From a virus: a DNA stretch of 64,000 nucleotides. The stretch covers positions 1 to 64,000 of the IMG/VR virus record IMGVR_UViG_3300017963_000016. One strand, written 5' to 3'. Shown one piece after another: positions 55,698-64,000 of this stretch. The notes under the pieces are model-generated. The model was not told where the DNA came from, ran no database searches, and was given only the letters and a program-made list of their open reading frames with translations. Position 1 is the first letter of the stretch; the number at the start of each line of letters is the position of its first letter. The position numbers and the translations under genes were made by a program.

Positions 55698-56137
55698 CTC
55701 TCCTGTTTTAATTTCTCAATAGAATTACATTGACAACAGTATAACTCAATATTCTCATTATTCCATAATTGAATCATATCCCTCACTTTTTCTCTATTAG
55801 AATCAATATATTTTACATTACTTAGGTAATATTCATAGAAATTAAGTATTTTATTACAATTAAAGCATAGTCCATATTTTATTTCTTTTAACTCTCTCTC
55901 AATGATTAGATTATCAATTATAGTATAAAGATAACTTTCAGGAACAGATAATTTATTGAAATTGCTTTTAAAAACACTAAAAATAATTACAGGGATTATA
56001 ACAAAATCTATATAAAAAACAATTATAAAGAAATTAGGGAAATAATAAGAAAAAATAATTGATATATACATTGAGAAAACCCATATAATATATAAAATAG
56101 GAATTAATATTTTTTCTTTCATTCTGTTGGCCTCCAA
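55694..56137 (-). CDS. 2-TM + Lokiarchaeal-type CxxC...CCxC Zn-finger protein
   Basis: CFNCNKILNFYEY...LWNNENIELYCCQC. Confidence 0.65.
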   Translation of the reverse strand: MEANRMKEKILIPILYIIWVFSMYISIIFSYYFPNFFIIVFYIDFVIIPVIIFSVFKSNFNKLSVPESYLYTIIDNLIIERELKEIKYGLCFNCNKILNFYEYYLSNVKYIDSNREKVRDMIQLWNNENIELYCCQCNSIEKLKQES

Positions 56138-56334
56138 TTATGATTACAACTATTACAATGATTATAATTGAGGATATCTAATCTCCCATCATTAAATTGC
56201 TGATCTTGATATTTTGAGATTATATTTACCGAATTACAGATAGGGCATTTCTCAAGAGAATCGGAGAGAGGCTTTTCAGCCTCTCCCCTGTGTTGCTCCT
56301 TTATATATGGGTTTTGTGGATTAGCCATATTCAT
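56119..56334 (-). CDS. Zn-ribbon protein
   Basis: CPICNS...CNSCNHNW. Confidence 0.6.
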   Translation of the reverse strand: MNMANPQNPYIKEQHRGEAEKPLSDSLEKCPICNSVNIISKYQDQQFNDGRLDILNYNHCNSCNHNWRPTE

Positions 56335-56339
56335 TCCTC

Positions 56340-56543
56340 CTATTCAATTATTTCTTTCTTAATTTCAATTGTTTTTATTTCGTAATCGTGAATTTCTTGG
56401 TTTTTTATTAAAATATTTTCTAATTTTTCCAATACTTCTTTTATATCTTCATTCTTGAATGCTCTTTCATTATTCATTGTTATATCAAGATTTATTATTA
56501 TCTTACTATTTTCCATTTCTCTTTTCTCCCTCACTAATAGCAT
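56340..56543 (-). CDS. Small hypothetical protein
   Basis: 67-aa ORF. Confidence 0.45.
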   Translation of the reverse strand: MLLVREKREMENSKIIINLDITMNNERAFKNEDIKEVLEKLENILIKNQEIHDYEIKTIEIKKEIIE

Positions 56544-56650
56544 TTTTAATTAATTGACAAAAAGGCTCTTGGTTTAATTTAAAATGACAAACTTCTTTAT
56601 ATATATGATTTGGATTACAGTCTCCTCTACATAAGGCCTGGTTAAGTTTA

Positions 56651-57040
56651 CTAATCATTCTTATTTCTCACTATCCTCTGATCTTGTAATGTAAAACCTA
56701 ATTTCTCTGCTAAAATATGTAAATGATCATAAAACCAACTCTGAGAGCATTTCAAATATCTTAAAGTAAATTCTATAGGAGTATGATCTGAAAATTCTAA
56801 CATTCTTTCCATTCTTTCAATCATAACCTCTAAGGGAGGCTCCAGGTTTGATGAGGAGAGTTTTTCATTCCTCCAAGATTCAAATCTTTCTAATAATTTA
56901 AAAGTCTCAGGTATAGTAAAATAATTCTGAATACACTTTTCAAATACTTCCTCTTTTGTCCTCCCAAAAAAGCCAATTAACTCCTCAGCTAATTTAGAAT
57001 AAATTGGTAATACTTTTATTTCAAATTTTTCTTTCTCCAT
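56651..57040 (-). CDS. Possible RHH + HTH protein
   Basis: N-terminal strand-helix-helix pattern (FGRTKEEVF). Confidence 0.45.
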   Translation of the reverse strand: MEKEKFEIKVLPIYSKLAEELIGFFGRTKEEVFEKCIQNYFTIPETFKLLERFESWRNEKLSSSNLEPPLEVMIERMERMLEFSDHTPIEFTLRYLKCSQSWFYDHLHILAEKLGFTLQDQRIVRNKND

Positions 57041-57041
57041 T

Positions 57042-57743
57042 TTAATCCTCTTTTAATATATTATATTCAAATCCACATATAAAGCAAATAATGGAATGTT
57101 CTAAGGTTAAGGGATAATGCCTTTCTTCTGAATTACAACTAGGGCATTTTGGATTTAATTCTCTAATCCTTTTTTCAGTTTTTATAGCAATAGGATGAGA
57201 AAATAGTAAACCATGTATTTCATTAGTGTTTAAAGAAATTTGATGATCAATAATTAATACAAATTGAAGTTGATCAAGAGAAATCTCAGGATTTTTATTA
57301 ACATAATCGAATAAGAAATCTCTTAGCTCTTTTGTTATTTTAGGATGAGAGGCTTGATTTATTTTTTCATGTATCTTTCTAATATCTTTTACTCCTTTCA
57401 TTGAAGTATATTCTAAAACTTCTATATTAGCTGTCTCATATTTCTTTTCATTATCATTTGGATATTTATTATATAATTCAGGCATTTCATCCCATGAGTG
57501 ATCTGCTTTAAGTAAAATCTCAGCAATATCTCTCCATTTATTTCTTATAAATGTGTAATCTATGTTATCTTTATTATATTCGGTATTAAGCTGATTTCCT
57601 AATTTAAGGGATTCAATGTATTTACCAAGCATATTATATAATTCTTTTAGATCAATTGTTTTATCTAATTTTAATAATAAATATTCAGGCTCTTTTTTTC
57701 TCAAAATAGCTCCTTGATTAACAAATTCTTTTTGATTACTCAT
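57042..57743 (-). CDS. HTH + Zn-ribbon protein
   Basis: NPEISLDQLQ; CPSC...CFICG. Confidence 0.55.
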   Translation of the reverse strand: MSNQKEFVNQGAILRKKEPEYLLLKLDKTIDLKELYNMLGKYIESLKLGNQLNTEYNKDNIDYTFIRNKWRDIAEILLKADHSWDEMPELYNKYPNDNEKKYETANIEVLEYTSMKGVKDIRKIHEKINQASHPKITKELRDFLFDYVNKNPEISLDQLQFVLIIDHQISLNTNEIHGLLFSHPIAIKTEKRIRELNPKCPSCNSEERHYPLTLEHSIICFICGFEYNILKED

Positions 57744-57748
57744 TTTAC

Positions 57749-58216
57749 CTAAACCTCAAAAAAGTTATTCTCTATTATTTTTCTTGTTTGTTTAATCTTT
57801 TCTTCTAATCTTTCTGGATTTTCTATTAGATAATCTTCTTTCTTTAGATTCCCAATAAAATTGTTTAGATCACTTTCTTTAATATGCTCCGCTATGTTTT
57901 TAGAACTCCAGAGTAATGATCTAAGAGTATAGCTTAAAGCTTTTGTAATAGTATTTACTTCCTCTTCATATCTTATATTATTATAGAAATGAAAATTACA
58001 GAATGGGCAAAACATCCAGGCCATTGATTCCTCATTATTTTCTATTCCCTTATCATAGTAAACCCAATTTCCAAACAAACCCTGAACTTTAAGAAAGATA
58101 TGGTTATAGCTTGTATAATTGGAATAGAATTTAATTTTCTTTTCTTTATATAATATCTCTAAATTACTACAGCAAAAGAAAATCCAATTTCCTTTCTCAT
58201 CCTTATCTATTTTCAA
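57749..58216 (-). CDS. CC...CxxC domain protein
   Basis: FCCSNL...FCPFC. Confidence 0.6.
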   Translation of the reverse strand: MKIDKDEKGNWIFFCCSNLEILYKEKKIKFYSNYTSYNHIFLKVQGLFGNWVYYDKGIENNEESMAWMFCPFCNFHFYNNIRYEEEVNTITKALSYTLRSLLWSSKNIAEHIKESDLNNFIGNLKKEDYLIENPERLEEKIKQTRKIIENNFFEV

Positions 58217-58890
58217 AACAACTCATCCTCATACTCTTCTATTAATTTAGTATTACAATATATACAATTTACCAAAGGAAATAGGCCATAAAATTCCTCA
58301 GGGTCGTAAACCTCTCCTGTTATTATATTTCCAACTTTCTTAGGAATAACAGCATGGTTATAAGATAACTCATAAACATCATTACAGTTATAATATTGAG
58401 GAGCATTACTCAGAGTGAAAAAACCTAATAATGTTGCTTTCTCTAAATCCTTACAGCAGAATTTATATTTATTTAAATGAATTAATTGCTCCTGAGAAAA
58501 ATATTTAATATTAAAGTTGGCTCCAGGCTCATTATTATAATTGATATTTTTTAAATCAAATTCAAATTTAGTTGGTTTAAAGCAAAAACAACACTTATCA
58601 ATTACCAAAGAATAATAATCAGAATCCTTTTGATAAGGCTCTAAATTAAATTGCTCTAAACTAATTTCTGGAAATGGCTCTAAATTCTTTTCAAGAATGG
58701 ATTTTGGAATAAAATGATTTATAACAATCTTACTATTCCTTATAGTTAAGAGGCCTCTTATAACTGAATCATATAGCTCATAACAGCAAAACTTAATATT
58801 TTCCTGAATAAAATAAGCTATAGCTTTCAAAATATCCTGCTGATCAAACTTACAATCCATTAACCAATTTATTTTTCCTGTATTATTCAT
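58213..58890 (-). CDS. Protein with two CC...CxxC domains
   Basis: KFCCYEL...CCFC; KFCCKDL...CIYC. Confidence 0.6.
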   Translation of the reverse strand: MNNTGKINWLMDCKFDQQDILKAIAYFIQENIKFCCYELYDSVIRGLLTIRNSKIVINHFIPKSILEKNLEPFPEISLEQFNLEPYQKDSDYYSLVIDKCCFCFKPTKFEFDLKNINYNNEPGANFNIKYFSQEQLIHLNKYKFCCKDLEKATLLGFFTLSNAPQYYNCNDVYELSYNHAVIPKKVGNIITGEVYDPEEFYGLFPLVNCIYCNTKLIEEYEDELF

Positions 58891-59165
58891 AATAAACTAT
58901 TGAATATGTTAATTAGTATCTTATTATGTTCTGGTATTTTAATATCATTTTCATTAAACTTTTTTAAAAACTCATCTTGAATCTCTTTTACTTCCTCTCT
59001 GAATGAAAACATTTGCTCTTTAGTGAGTAATGTTTCAGCTCTTTTCATCATATCTGATAATATTTTGATATTATTAGAATCTGGAAAGAATAAAATCTCC
59101 TGCTTTAACATCATTTCTAAATGTTCTTTTATTGCTTTAATTATTTGGTTATTCATATTCCTCAC
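58887..59165 (-). CDS. Hypothetical protein
   Basis: Coupled ORF. Confidence 0.55.
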   Translation of the reverse strand: MRNMNNQIIKAIKEHLEMMLKQEILFFPDSNNIKILSDMMKRAETLLTKEQMFSFREEVKEIQDEFLKKFNENDIKIPEHNKILINIFNSLL

Positions 59166-59583
59166 TTAAATCAATTATATCTAAAGCATTTTTTATACAA
59201 ATTATTTTTATAGGCTCATAATCATAGTTCTTTTGAACTTCTTTTATACAGTCTAATATAGTAGAAAATGTTTTGATTACATCAGTAAATATTATATATG
59301 GAGCTTTAACTCTCCCATCAATTATAGTTTTAAGCTCTGGATTATAATGATATACAATAATCTTATCTTGGATTAATTGAGTAATGGCCATTCCTATCTT
59401 GCCAATACTTATTATTACTAAATCCTCAAAAATATCCTTAGCAATTAAAAACTCCCTCTTTAATAATTCAGCAATTTTTAATTTATCTTCAGGAGTAATT
59501 TTTTCAAAATTATAATATTGATCTGTTTTTAATCCTGAACTTAGTTGTATTTTTCCATTTATAGTATATTTGTCAATATCCAT
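59149..59583 (-). CDS. Divergent type I phosphoribosyltransferase (OPRT-like)
   Basis: QLSSGLKTDQYYN and IIFTDVIKTFST (PRPP-loop variant). Confidence 0.7.
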   Translation of the reverse strand: MDIDKYTINGKIQLSSGLKTDQYYNFEKITPEDKLKIAELLKREFLIAKDIFEDLVIISIGKIGMAITQLIQDKIIVYHYNPELKTIIDGRVKAPYIIFTDVIKTFSTILDCIKEVQKNYDYEPIKIICIKNALDIIDLSEEYE

Positions 59584-59594
59584 GATTATCTCCT

Positions 59595-59885
59595 CTATTT
59601 TAATTTAAATTCTTTTTTACATGAATTACATGAATAAGTATTTTCACTTTTATAGGTAATACTCTGAGATTTACAATGAATACAATTTAAGCTTTTTTGA
59701 TATTCAATTTTTATAGTAAATACTTCTTTCTCTTTTGAAATATTAACATTAATCCCTAAACCTTGTTTTATTCCTTTAATAGAATATTTAGATAATTTAT
59801 TTAGTTTAAATCTTTTATCTGATTCTAAAGCCTTTTTTATTAGGTCAGCTAGATATATTATTTCCTCCTCTATCCATTCTAACAT
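59595..59885 (-). CDS. Zn-ribbon protein
   Basis: CIHC...CNSC. Confidence 0.6.
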   Translation of the reverse strand: MLEWIEEEIIYLADLIKKALESDKRFKLNKLSKYSIKGIKQGLGINVNISKEKEVFTIKIEYQKSLNCIHCKSQSITYKSENTYSCNSCKKEFKLK

Positions 59886-59888
59886 CTT

Positions 59889-60848
59889 TTATTCCTCCTG
59901 AATAAACTCCATTAAATTAAATTTATTATTATTTACTCCATTAATTTCTAAAGCTAACTGATAAGAGAAATATGGAGGAACTGAATTTCCGATCATCTTA
60001 TACTGATTTGTAAGGCTCCCGGATATTTTATATGAATCAGGGAATGTTTGGATTCTCATTAATTCTCTAGGTGTAAATCTCCTGAGATTTACTTTTCTTT
60101 CTTCCTCACTTTCCAGGCTTAAATTGATATTTTGATTTCTCCTGATCAATTTAAAGTCATCTTTTGTTGTTATAGTTCTACATGGCTCATCAAGAATTTG
60201 CTCTCCATGTTTAGTATAGAAAGAATCTTTTACTTCAGAGTCTCTTGGGATAAGTCTCTTATTTAATTTATCTGAGTATTCTTGAGGAGGCATATCCCTT
60301 AAGGCTTTTCTAACAATATTCCATTTATGAATCTTATTTCCAAATAGATCAATTCCTCCTAGTTTTGAATGAGTTGGTTTTAATCTTTTGAAAGCTCCTG
60401 AGAAAGCTCTAACTCTGAATTGAGGAATAGCATAATTAACAAGATCATACTCAGCTATTATTGGGATTGTTATATTGAATGTTCCTCTTTTTAGTAATGG
60501 AATTATTTGGGATACATTTTCCATTATCCAATATTTAGGCTTAATTACCTCAATCCATTTAAGAAATACTTTAACTAACTCCATTCCCTTATCTTTAAGG
60601 CTCCTGAAATTTGCTATTGATAACTCCTTACATGGAGGAGAGCCTATAATGAAATCAATCTTATCTCCTAAGAAATCATAGGGATTAAGCTCTCTAATAT
60701 CAGCCAATATAAACTCAGAATCAATATTATCAGTATAAGACTTTTTTACAAATTTCCAATTGTCAATAGCATATAATATTTTAAATCCTGCTTTTATGAA
60801 TCCCAATGAAAAGCCTCCCATTCCTGAAAATAAATCTATTCCATTCAT
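59889..60848 (-). CDS. C5-cytosine DNA methyltransferase
   Basis: DLFSGMGG, GSPPC, ENV, QFRVR, RELMRIQTFP, IGNSVP. Confidence 0.95.
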   Translation of the reverse strand: MNGIDLFSGMGGFSLGFIKAGFKILYAIDNWKFVKKSYTDNIDSEFILADIRELNPYDFLGDKIDFIIGSPPCKELSIANFRSLKDKGMELVKVFLKWIEVIKPKYWIMENVSQIIPLLKRGTFNITIPIIAEYDLVNYAIPQFRVRAFSGAFKRLKPTHSKLGGIDLFGNKIHKWNIVRKALRDMPPQEYSDKLNKRLIPRDSEVKDSFYTKHGEQILDEPCRTITTKDDFKLIRRNQNINLSLESEEERKVNLRRFTPRELMRIQTFPDSYKISGSLTNQYKMIGNSVPPYFSYQLALEINGVNNNKFNLMEFIQEE

Positions 60849-61249
60849 TCTATTTTTATATTATATTTATTTGCTAATTCTAATAATGGTTTTAATTCTT
60901 TTTTTAATTGTTTTTTCCATTGCCTCTGTTGTTTTTCAGGCAGAAATATTCTCTCATTACAATCTTTAATGTATATTTGCTTTTCTTTAATTTTTCTAAT
61001 TAAATCAGGAGTAAAATATTTTATATCCTGGATTGAAATTATTTTAAAGTTTTCTTTTAACTCTATTATTTTGTTTTTACCTACTCTCAAGCAATCCTCA
61101 AGAGAGCTTAAATGAGATTCTAAGCATTGAGCATTTTCCTTATCTATAAAATTGGCCATTACTCTTAAAGCTTTAAAGCTTACATTCATAGAGTCGAAAA
61201 GGAAATCCATTAATCCCTCAAAATCCTCAATTGTTTTTATTTCAGGCAT
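60845..61249 (-). CDS. Hypothetical protein
   Basis: ATGA-coupled to the methyltransferase. Confidence 0.6.
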   Translation of the reverse strand: MPEIKTIEDFEGLMDFLFDSMNVSFKALRVMANFIDKENAQCLESHLSSLEDCLRVGKNKIIELKENFKIISIQDIKYFTPDLIRKIKEKQIYIKDCNERIFLPEKQQRQWKKQLKKELKPLLELANKYNIKIE

Positions 61250-61263
61250 ATTTCATTCACTCC

Positions 61264-61677
61264 TTAGTATTTAACTTTAAGCTCCTCCCTTAATTTTAAA
61301 TGTAATGATAATTGATCAATTAATTTAAGATGTTGTTTATTCATTCTTTCTAATTGAGTATAAGTATTAGTTAAATCATTAAATTGTTTCTTTAGCTCTT
61401 TAAACTCAGGATGATCTTCATAGATAATCATTGGTTTTATGTAATCATTAACTTTTAAGCGTAATATATATATATATATAAATGTTTTATAGCCTCCTCC
61501 ATTGTCGCAAAATACTCCATAGCCAAATGACTTAACCTCTTCTTTAGCCTCTCTCCAATATTCCCAAAACCAATTAAAGAACTCTCCCTCAGATAACCAT
61601 TCAACAACATCTTTCCTACCATAATACCATCTAATGACTGATGTATTACCTCTTCTGATATATTCTTGAATAGCCAT
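61264..61677 (-). CDS. Hypothetical protein
   Basis: 137-aa ORF. Confidence 0.55.
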   Translation of the reverse strand: MAIQEYIRRGNTSVIRWYYGRKDVVEWLSEGEFFNWFWEYWREAKEEVKSFGYGVFCDNGGGYKTFIYIYILRLKVNDYIKPMIIYEDHPEFKELKKQFNDLTNTYTQLERMNKQHLKLIDQLSLHLKLREELKVKY

Positions 61678-61754
61678 AACCTTTAATCTTTCAGCTCTGC
61701 TTTCTAAAGAAAGTATTTGAACATCTGAAATAAATGGCCTGGATTCAGTAATTA

Positions 61755-62207
61755 TTATTCCTCCTCCTTTAGTTTTATTAAGTGTAGTTCCTCAAGAATG
61801 TTCATATCAATTAGCATATCTTTTGTTTTATTAGTTAAGTCTAATGAGAATCCTTTTTCTGTTGCTCTCTCAAAAAGCAACTCTCTTGAAATACTACATT
61901 GCTTTTCTCTTAGAAAGGAAAGAAGATCATTCATTATCATTTCCATTTCTTTATTATCTCTCAGTTTATTTTCAAGAGACTCTTCTTTAATATCTATAAA
62001 GTATCTTAAGAATTCCATTATCAATTTTGCTCTCTCACGATCTAAGATTATCTCATTCAGATATTTCTTTTTTCTAAACCAAGATCGTTTATAGATTGTT
62101 AATGATACCTCATCAAAATCTTTTAGATATTCAAATCTGAGAATTTCACATAAACAGGAACATTCAATAAATATTTTAGGCTCAGCCATTTTAATTTCCT
62201 CCTCCAA
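61755..62207 (-). CDS. Hypothetical protein with a C-terminal wHTH
   Basis: ISRELLFERATEKGFS...MLIDMNIL resembles MCM/RPA-type winged helices. Confidence 0.5.
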   Translation of the reverse strand: MEEEIKMAEPKIFIECSCLCEILRFEYLKDFDEVSLTIYKRSWFRKKKYLNEIILDRERAKLIMEFLRYFIDIKEESLENKLRDNKEMEMIMNDLLSFLREKQCSISRELLFERATEKGFSLDLTNKTKDMLIDMNILEELHLIKLKEEE

Positions 62208-62382
62208 AATTAATTATTGTAATTACTATAGTAAGCATAATTAATTGAATAATGAATAATATTACTAAAAAGAAAAAAAAGAACTTAGAGAATGAATTAT
62301 TATCAAAGTCTTTGCTGTAATCTATTCCAAAAAATACTATTCCAAAAAAATTGATTATTAAAGCTAGTATAATAAAAATCAT
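62191..62382 (-). CDS. Small 2-TM protein
   Basis: Two hydrophobic helices. Confidence 0.5.
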   Translation of the reverse strand: MIFIILALIINFFGIVFFGIDYSKDFDNNSFSKFFFFFLVILFIIQLIMLTIVITIINFGGGN

Positions 62383-62383
62383 T

Positions 62384-63337
62384 TTAACAATTAGCCTCCT
62401 GTCTTTGTTCTAAATATTCTTTTACACATTTTCTATTTCTTGAATCTCTTAATTCTAAAAACTCCTCCCATGTTTTACTCCAAAATACACTCTTAAGATT
62501 AACCCATCTATGTAGTGCTTTCTGATAATGATCATCTTTATTATAAGGCATAACATAAGGGTCAATTCTGTATTTCTTAAGAAAGTTTATTCTACTCATA
62601 TCCTCTGATTCAGTTGTATTAAAACCAATTAGAACATAAAACATCATATTACCAAATTTGAATCCTGCTTTCTCTAGTATATGGAGCTTTTCCTCAATAG
62701 TAGATTCTAATCTTGGGTCGTCAAAAGCAAATCTAATTTGTTTACCAGGCCACATTTTAATTTTATAAAGTAATTTAGCATTATCATTATTTATTAATCT
62801 TATATCTAATCCCTGAGTAAAGTCAATCCTCTTTTTAGACTCTTTTAGTTTTTGTAATTCCTTAATATGATCTTCATAAGCTAAAATATTATTATCTAAT
62901 AGTAATACCTTATCTTGATCTTTTGTAAACTCACTTAGATCGGCATTCTTCTTGATAAAATTTTCTTTTTGAGGAACTATACAAAACTTACATTTTCTTA
63001 TACAGCCTCTTGTAATAAAACCCATACTATAATCTAGATTGTTATATAGTGAGTAATCTGGATATAGATGTTCAATAGATTCAGGTAAATCTTTTCTAAT
63101 AACATTTCCATTAGAATCTCTAAAGCCTGAGCCTCCTTTAATCATATCAGCTCTTAAATAATTATCATTAAGGTTTGGATATGTGAAAATTTTAGAGGCG
63201 TATATCTTATCATAAAAATTATGGAATAAAGGAGAATACCAGGATACAATATCTCCTTTCTGCTTATGATAAGAGCTTAATTTCATAAGAGCTAAGTTTG
63301 GTATTTTAGAATCTACATTGAATAGAGCAACTTTCAT
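62384..63337 (-). CDS. Radical SAM protein (virus-associated family)
   Basis: PNLALMKLS, SKIF, GGSG, TRGCIRKCKFC (CxxxCxxC), LLDNNILA, QGLDIRL. Confidence 0.9.
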   Translation of the reverse strand: MKVALFNVDSKIPNLALMKLSSYHKQKGDIVSWYSPLFHNFYDKIYASKIFTYPNLNDNYLRADMIKGGSGFRDSNGNVIRKDLPESIEHLYPDYSLYNNLDYSMGFITRGCIRKCKFCIVPQKENFIKKNADLSEFTKDQDKVLLLDNNILAYEDHIKELQKLKESKKRIDFTQGLDIRLINNDNAKLLYKIKMWPGKQIRFAFDDPRLESTIEEKLHILEKAGFKFGNMMFYVLIGFNTTESEDMSRINFLKKYRIDPYVMPYNKDDHYQKALHRWVNLKSVFWSKTWEEFLELRDSRNRKCVKEYLEQRQEANC

Positions 63338-63664
63338 TTATGAATTGGCCTCCTGGATTATTGTAAGTAATGATTTCCCTAATTCAGTTATTTTTAATTT
63401 AATATTACCATTCTCATTTATTTTATTTTTAAAATTCTTCATAAGGAAATTAACTTCTTTTATTTTTTGATTTATTGAAATGAATCTTTTATCCTGGAGT
63501 TTACTTAATACATGGAATAAAGCAACAGGAGACCTTAAAGTTATATCATTCTTAAAGTCTAACCATAATCTCACTATAGATTGTTCTCCTCCTTTATTTA
63601 ATCTTTTTAAAACCTTAGTCATGTTTTTACCAATAGTTAAGCAAATTCTAGAATCTTCACACAT
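63338..63664 (-). CDS. wHTH protein
   Basis: LSKLQDKRFI...KITELGK. Confidence 0.55.
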   Translation of the reverse strand: MCEDSRICLTIGKNMTKVLKRLNKGGEQSIVRLWLDFKNDITLRSPVALFHVLSKLQDKRFISINQKIKEVNFLMKNFKNKINENGNIKLKITELGKSLLTIIQEANS

Positions 63665-63666
63665 TA

Positions 63667-63912
63667 CTATTCCTCATCAGAGATAAGTATTAATTTTTTT
63701 AAATCTAATTCCAGGTATTCTTTTTTAGTAATTTTTTTTACTGAATATTCTATTCCTGGACCATAATTTTTTTTTAGATATTCTTCAAATTTTCTAAGTT
63801 GTTTTTCTGAATAAAAAATAAAACCCTCTACCTCTCTATCTGAGTATTTCAATATAGGGATTGAGAGAGCTTGGCATTCATTAGGTTTTAATAGATATAT
63901 TTGTATACTCAT
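63667..63912 (-). CDS. Hypothetical protein
   Basis: 81-aa coupled ORF. Confidence 0.55.
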   Translation of the reverse strand: MSIQIYLLKPNECQALSIPILKYSDREVEGFIFYSEKQLRKFEEYLKKNYGPGIEYSVKKITKKEYLELDLKKLILISDEE

Positions 63913-64000
63913 TAATCCTCATCTTCCTCATCAGTTGTAATTCTAGGAGCAAATATAAAGTTATATTTATCATTCAGAATAATTAAGGGAGCCTTAGGAG
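63912..64000 (-). CDS. 3' end of a probable PCNA/sliding-clamp-like protein (truncated)
   Basis: Manual translation ...PKAPLIILNDKYNFIFAPRITTDEEDED*; PL...APR plus an acidic tail is the PCNA C-terminal pattern. Confidence 0.5.
   Translation of the reverse strand, partial: PKAPLIILNDKYNFIFAPRITTDEEDED

Larger units (their letters stand above)
1..64000. mobile_element. Part of a large virus or extrachromosomal element of an Asgard (Lokiarchaeia-like) archaeon
   Basis: No housekeeping genes; dense co-oriented small ORFs; methyltransferases; Lokiarchaeal-type domains. Confidence 0.7.

Noticed and set aside
48707-59583. Genuine trpF and pyrE metabolic genes
   Set aside because: Motifs are divergent (TDVIKTFST instead of DDVITTGGS) and there are no pathway neighbours, so gene symbols are withheld.
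4402-63686. Plus-strand ORFs antisense to long genes (e.g. 4402, 7020, 7617, 8657, 11172, 38627, 61798, 63480) and nested 25575..25796
   Set aside because: Shadow ORFs overlapping better-supported minus-strand genes, with biased composition and no motifs.
1-64000. tRNA/rRNA genes, integrase or transposase, head-tail virion genes, or classification as a Borg
   Set aside because: No recognisable motifs for these genes; tandem repeats are few and the host signals point to Asgard archaea rather than Methanoperedens.

Overview
Very AT-rich, gene-dense 64 kb with almost all genes on the minus strand, archaeal-type promoters, GGAGG-type ribosome-binding sites and many overlapping start/stop codons. 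I saw no rRNA, tRNA, CRISPR array or housekeeping operon. Several proteins carry motifs I recognise from Lokiarchaeota/Asgard proteins: a longin domain at the left edge, the EFWGHCSNLQAW domain, a HEAT-type segment and CxxC...CCxC zinc fingers. The window therefore most likely comes from a large virus or mobile element of an Asgard (Lokiarchaeia-like) archaeon; this is inference, with no database search run. Block 1 (about 1-21 kb) is a membrane/morphogenesis module: a P-loop ATPase-nuclease, about 18 membrane proteins with Lys/Arg-rich (S/T)RRK-type cytoplasmic tails, a CPBP intramembrane protease, a spike/fusogen-like type I protein and a sequon-rich glycoprotein, with no recognisable HK97 capsid, portal or terminase. 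Block 2 (about 21-30 kb) has wHTH regulators, two PAPS-reductase-family genes and a Rep-like gene. Three copies of an 80-98 bp palindrome-rich intergenic repeat (5446, 21347, 27709) border these blocks, and two of them are followed by helically phased GATC pairs. Block 3 (about 30-64 kb) is a long array of small ORFs with DNA methyltransferases, a UDG, ASCH domains, radical SAM enzymes, PRAI-like, PRTase-like, AEP-like and PCNA-like proteins. All functional calls come from reading motifs by eye.
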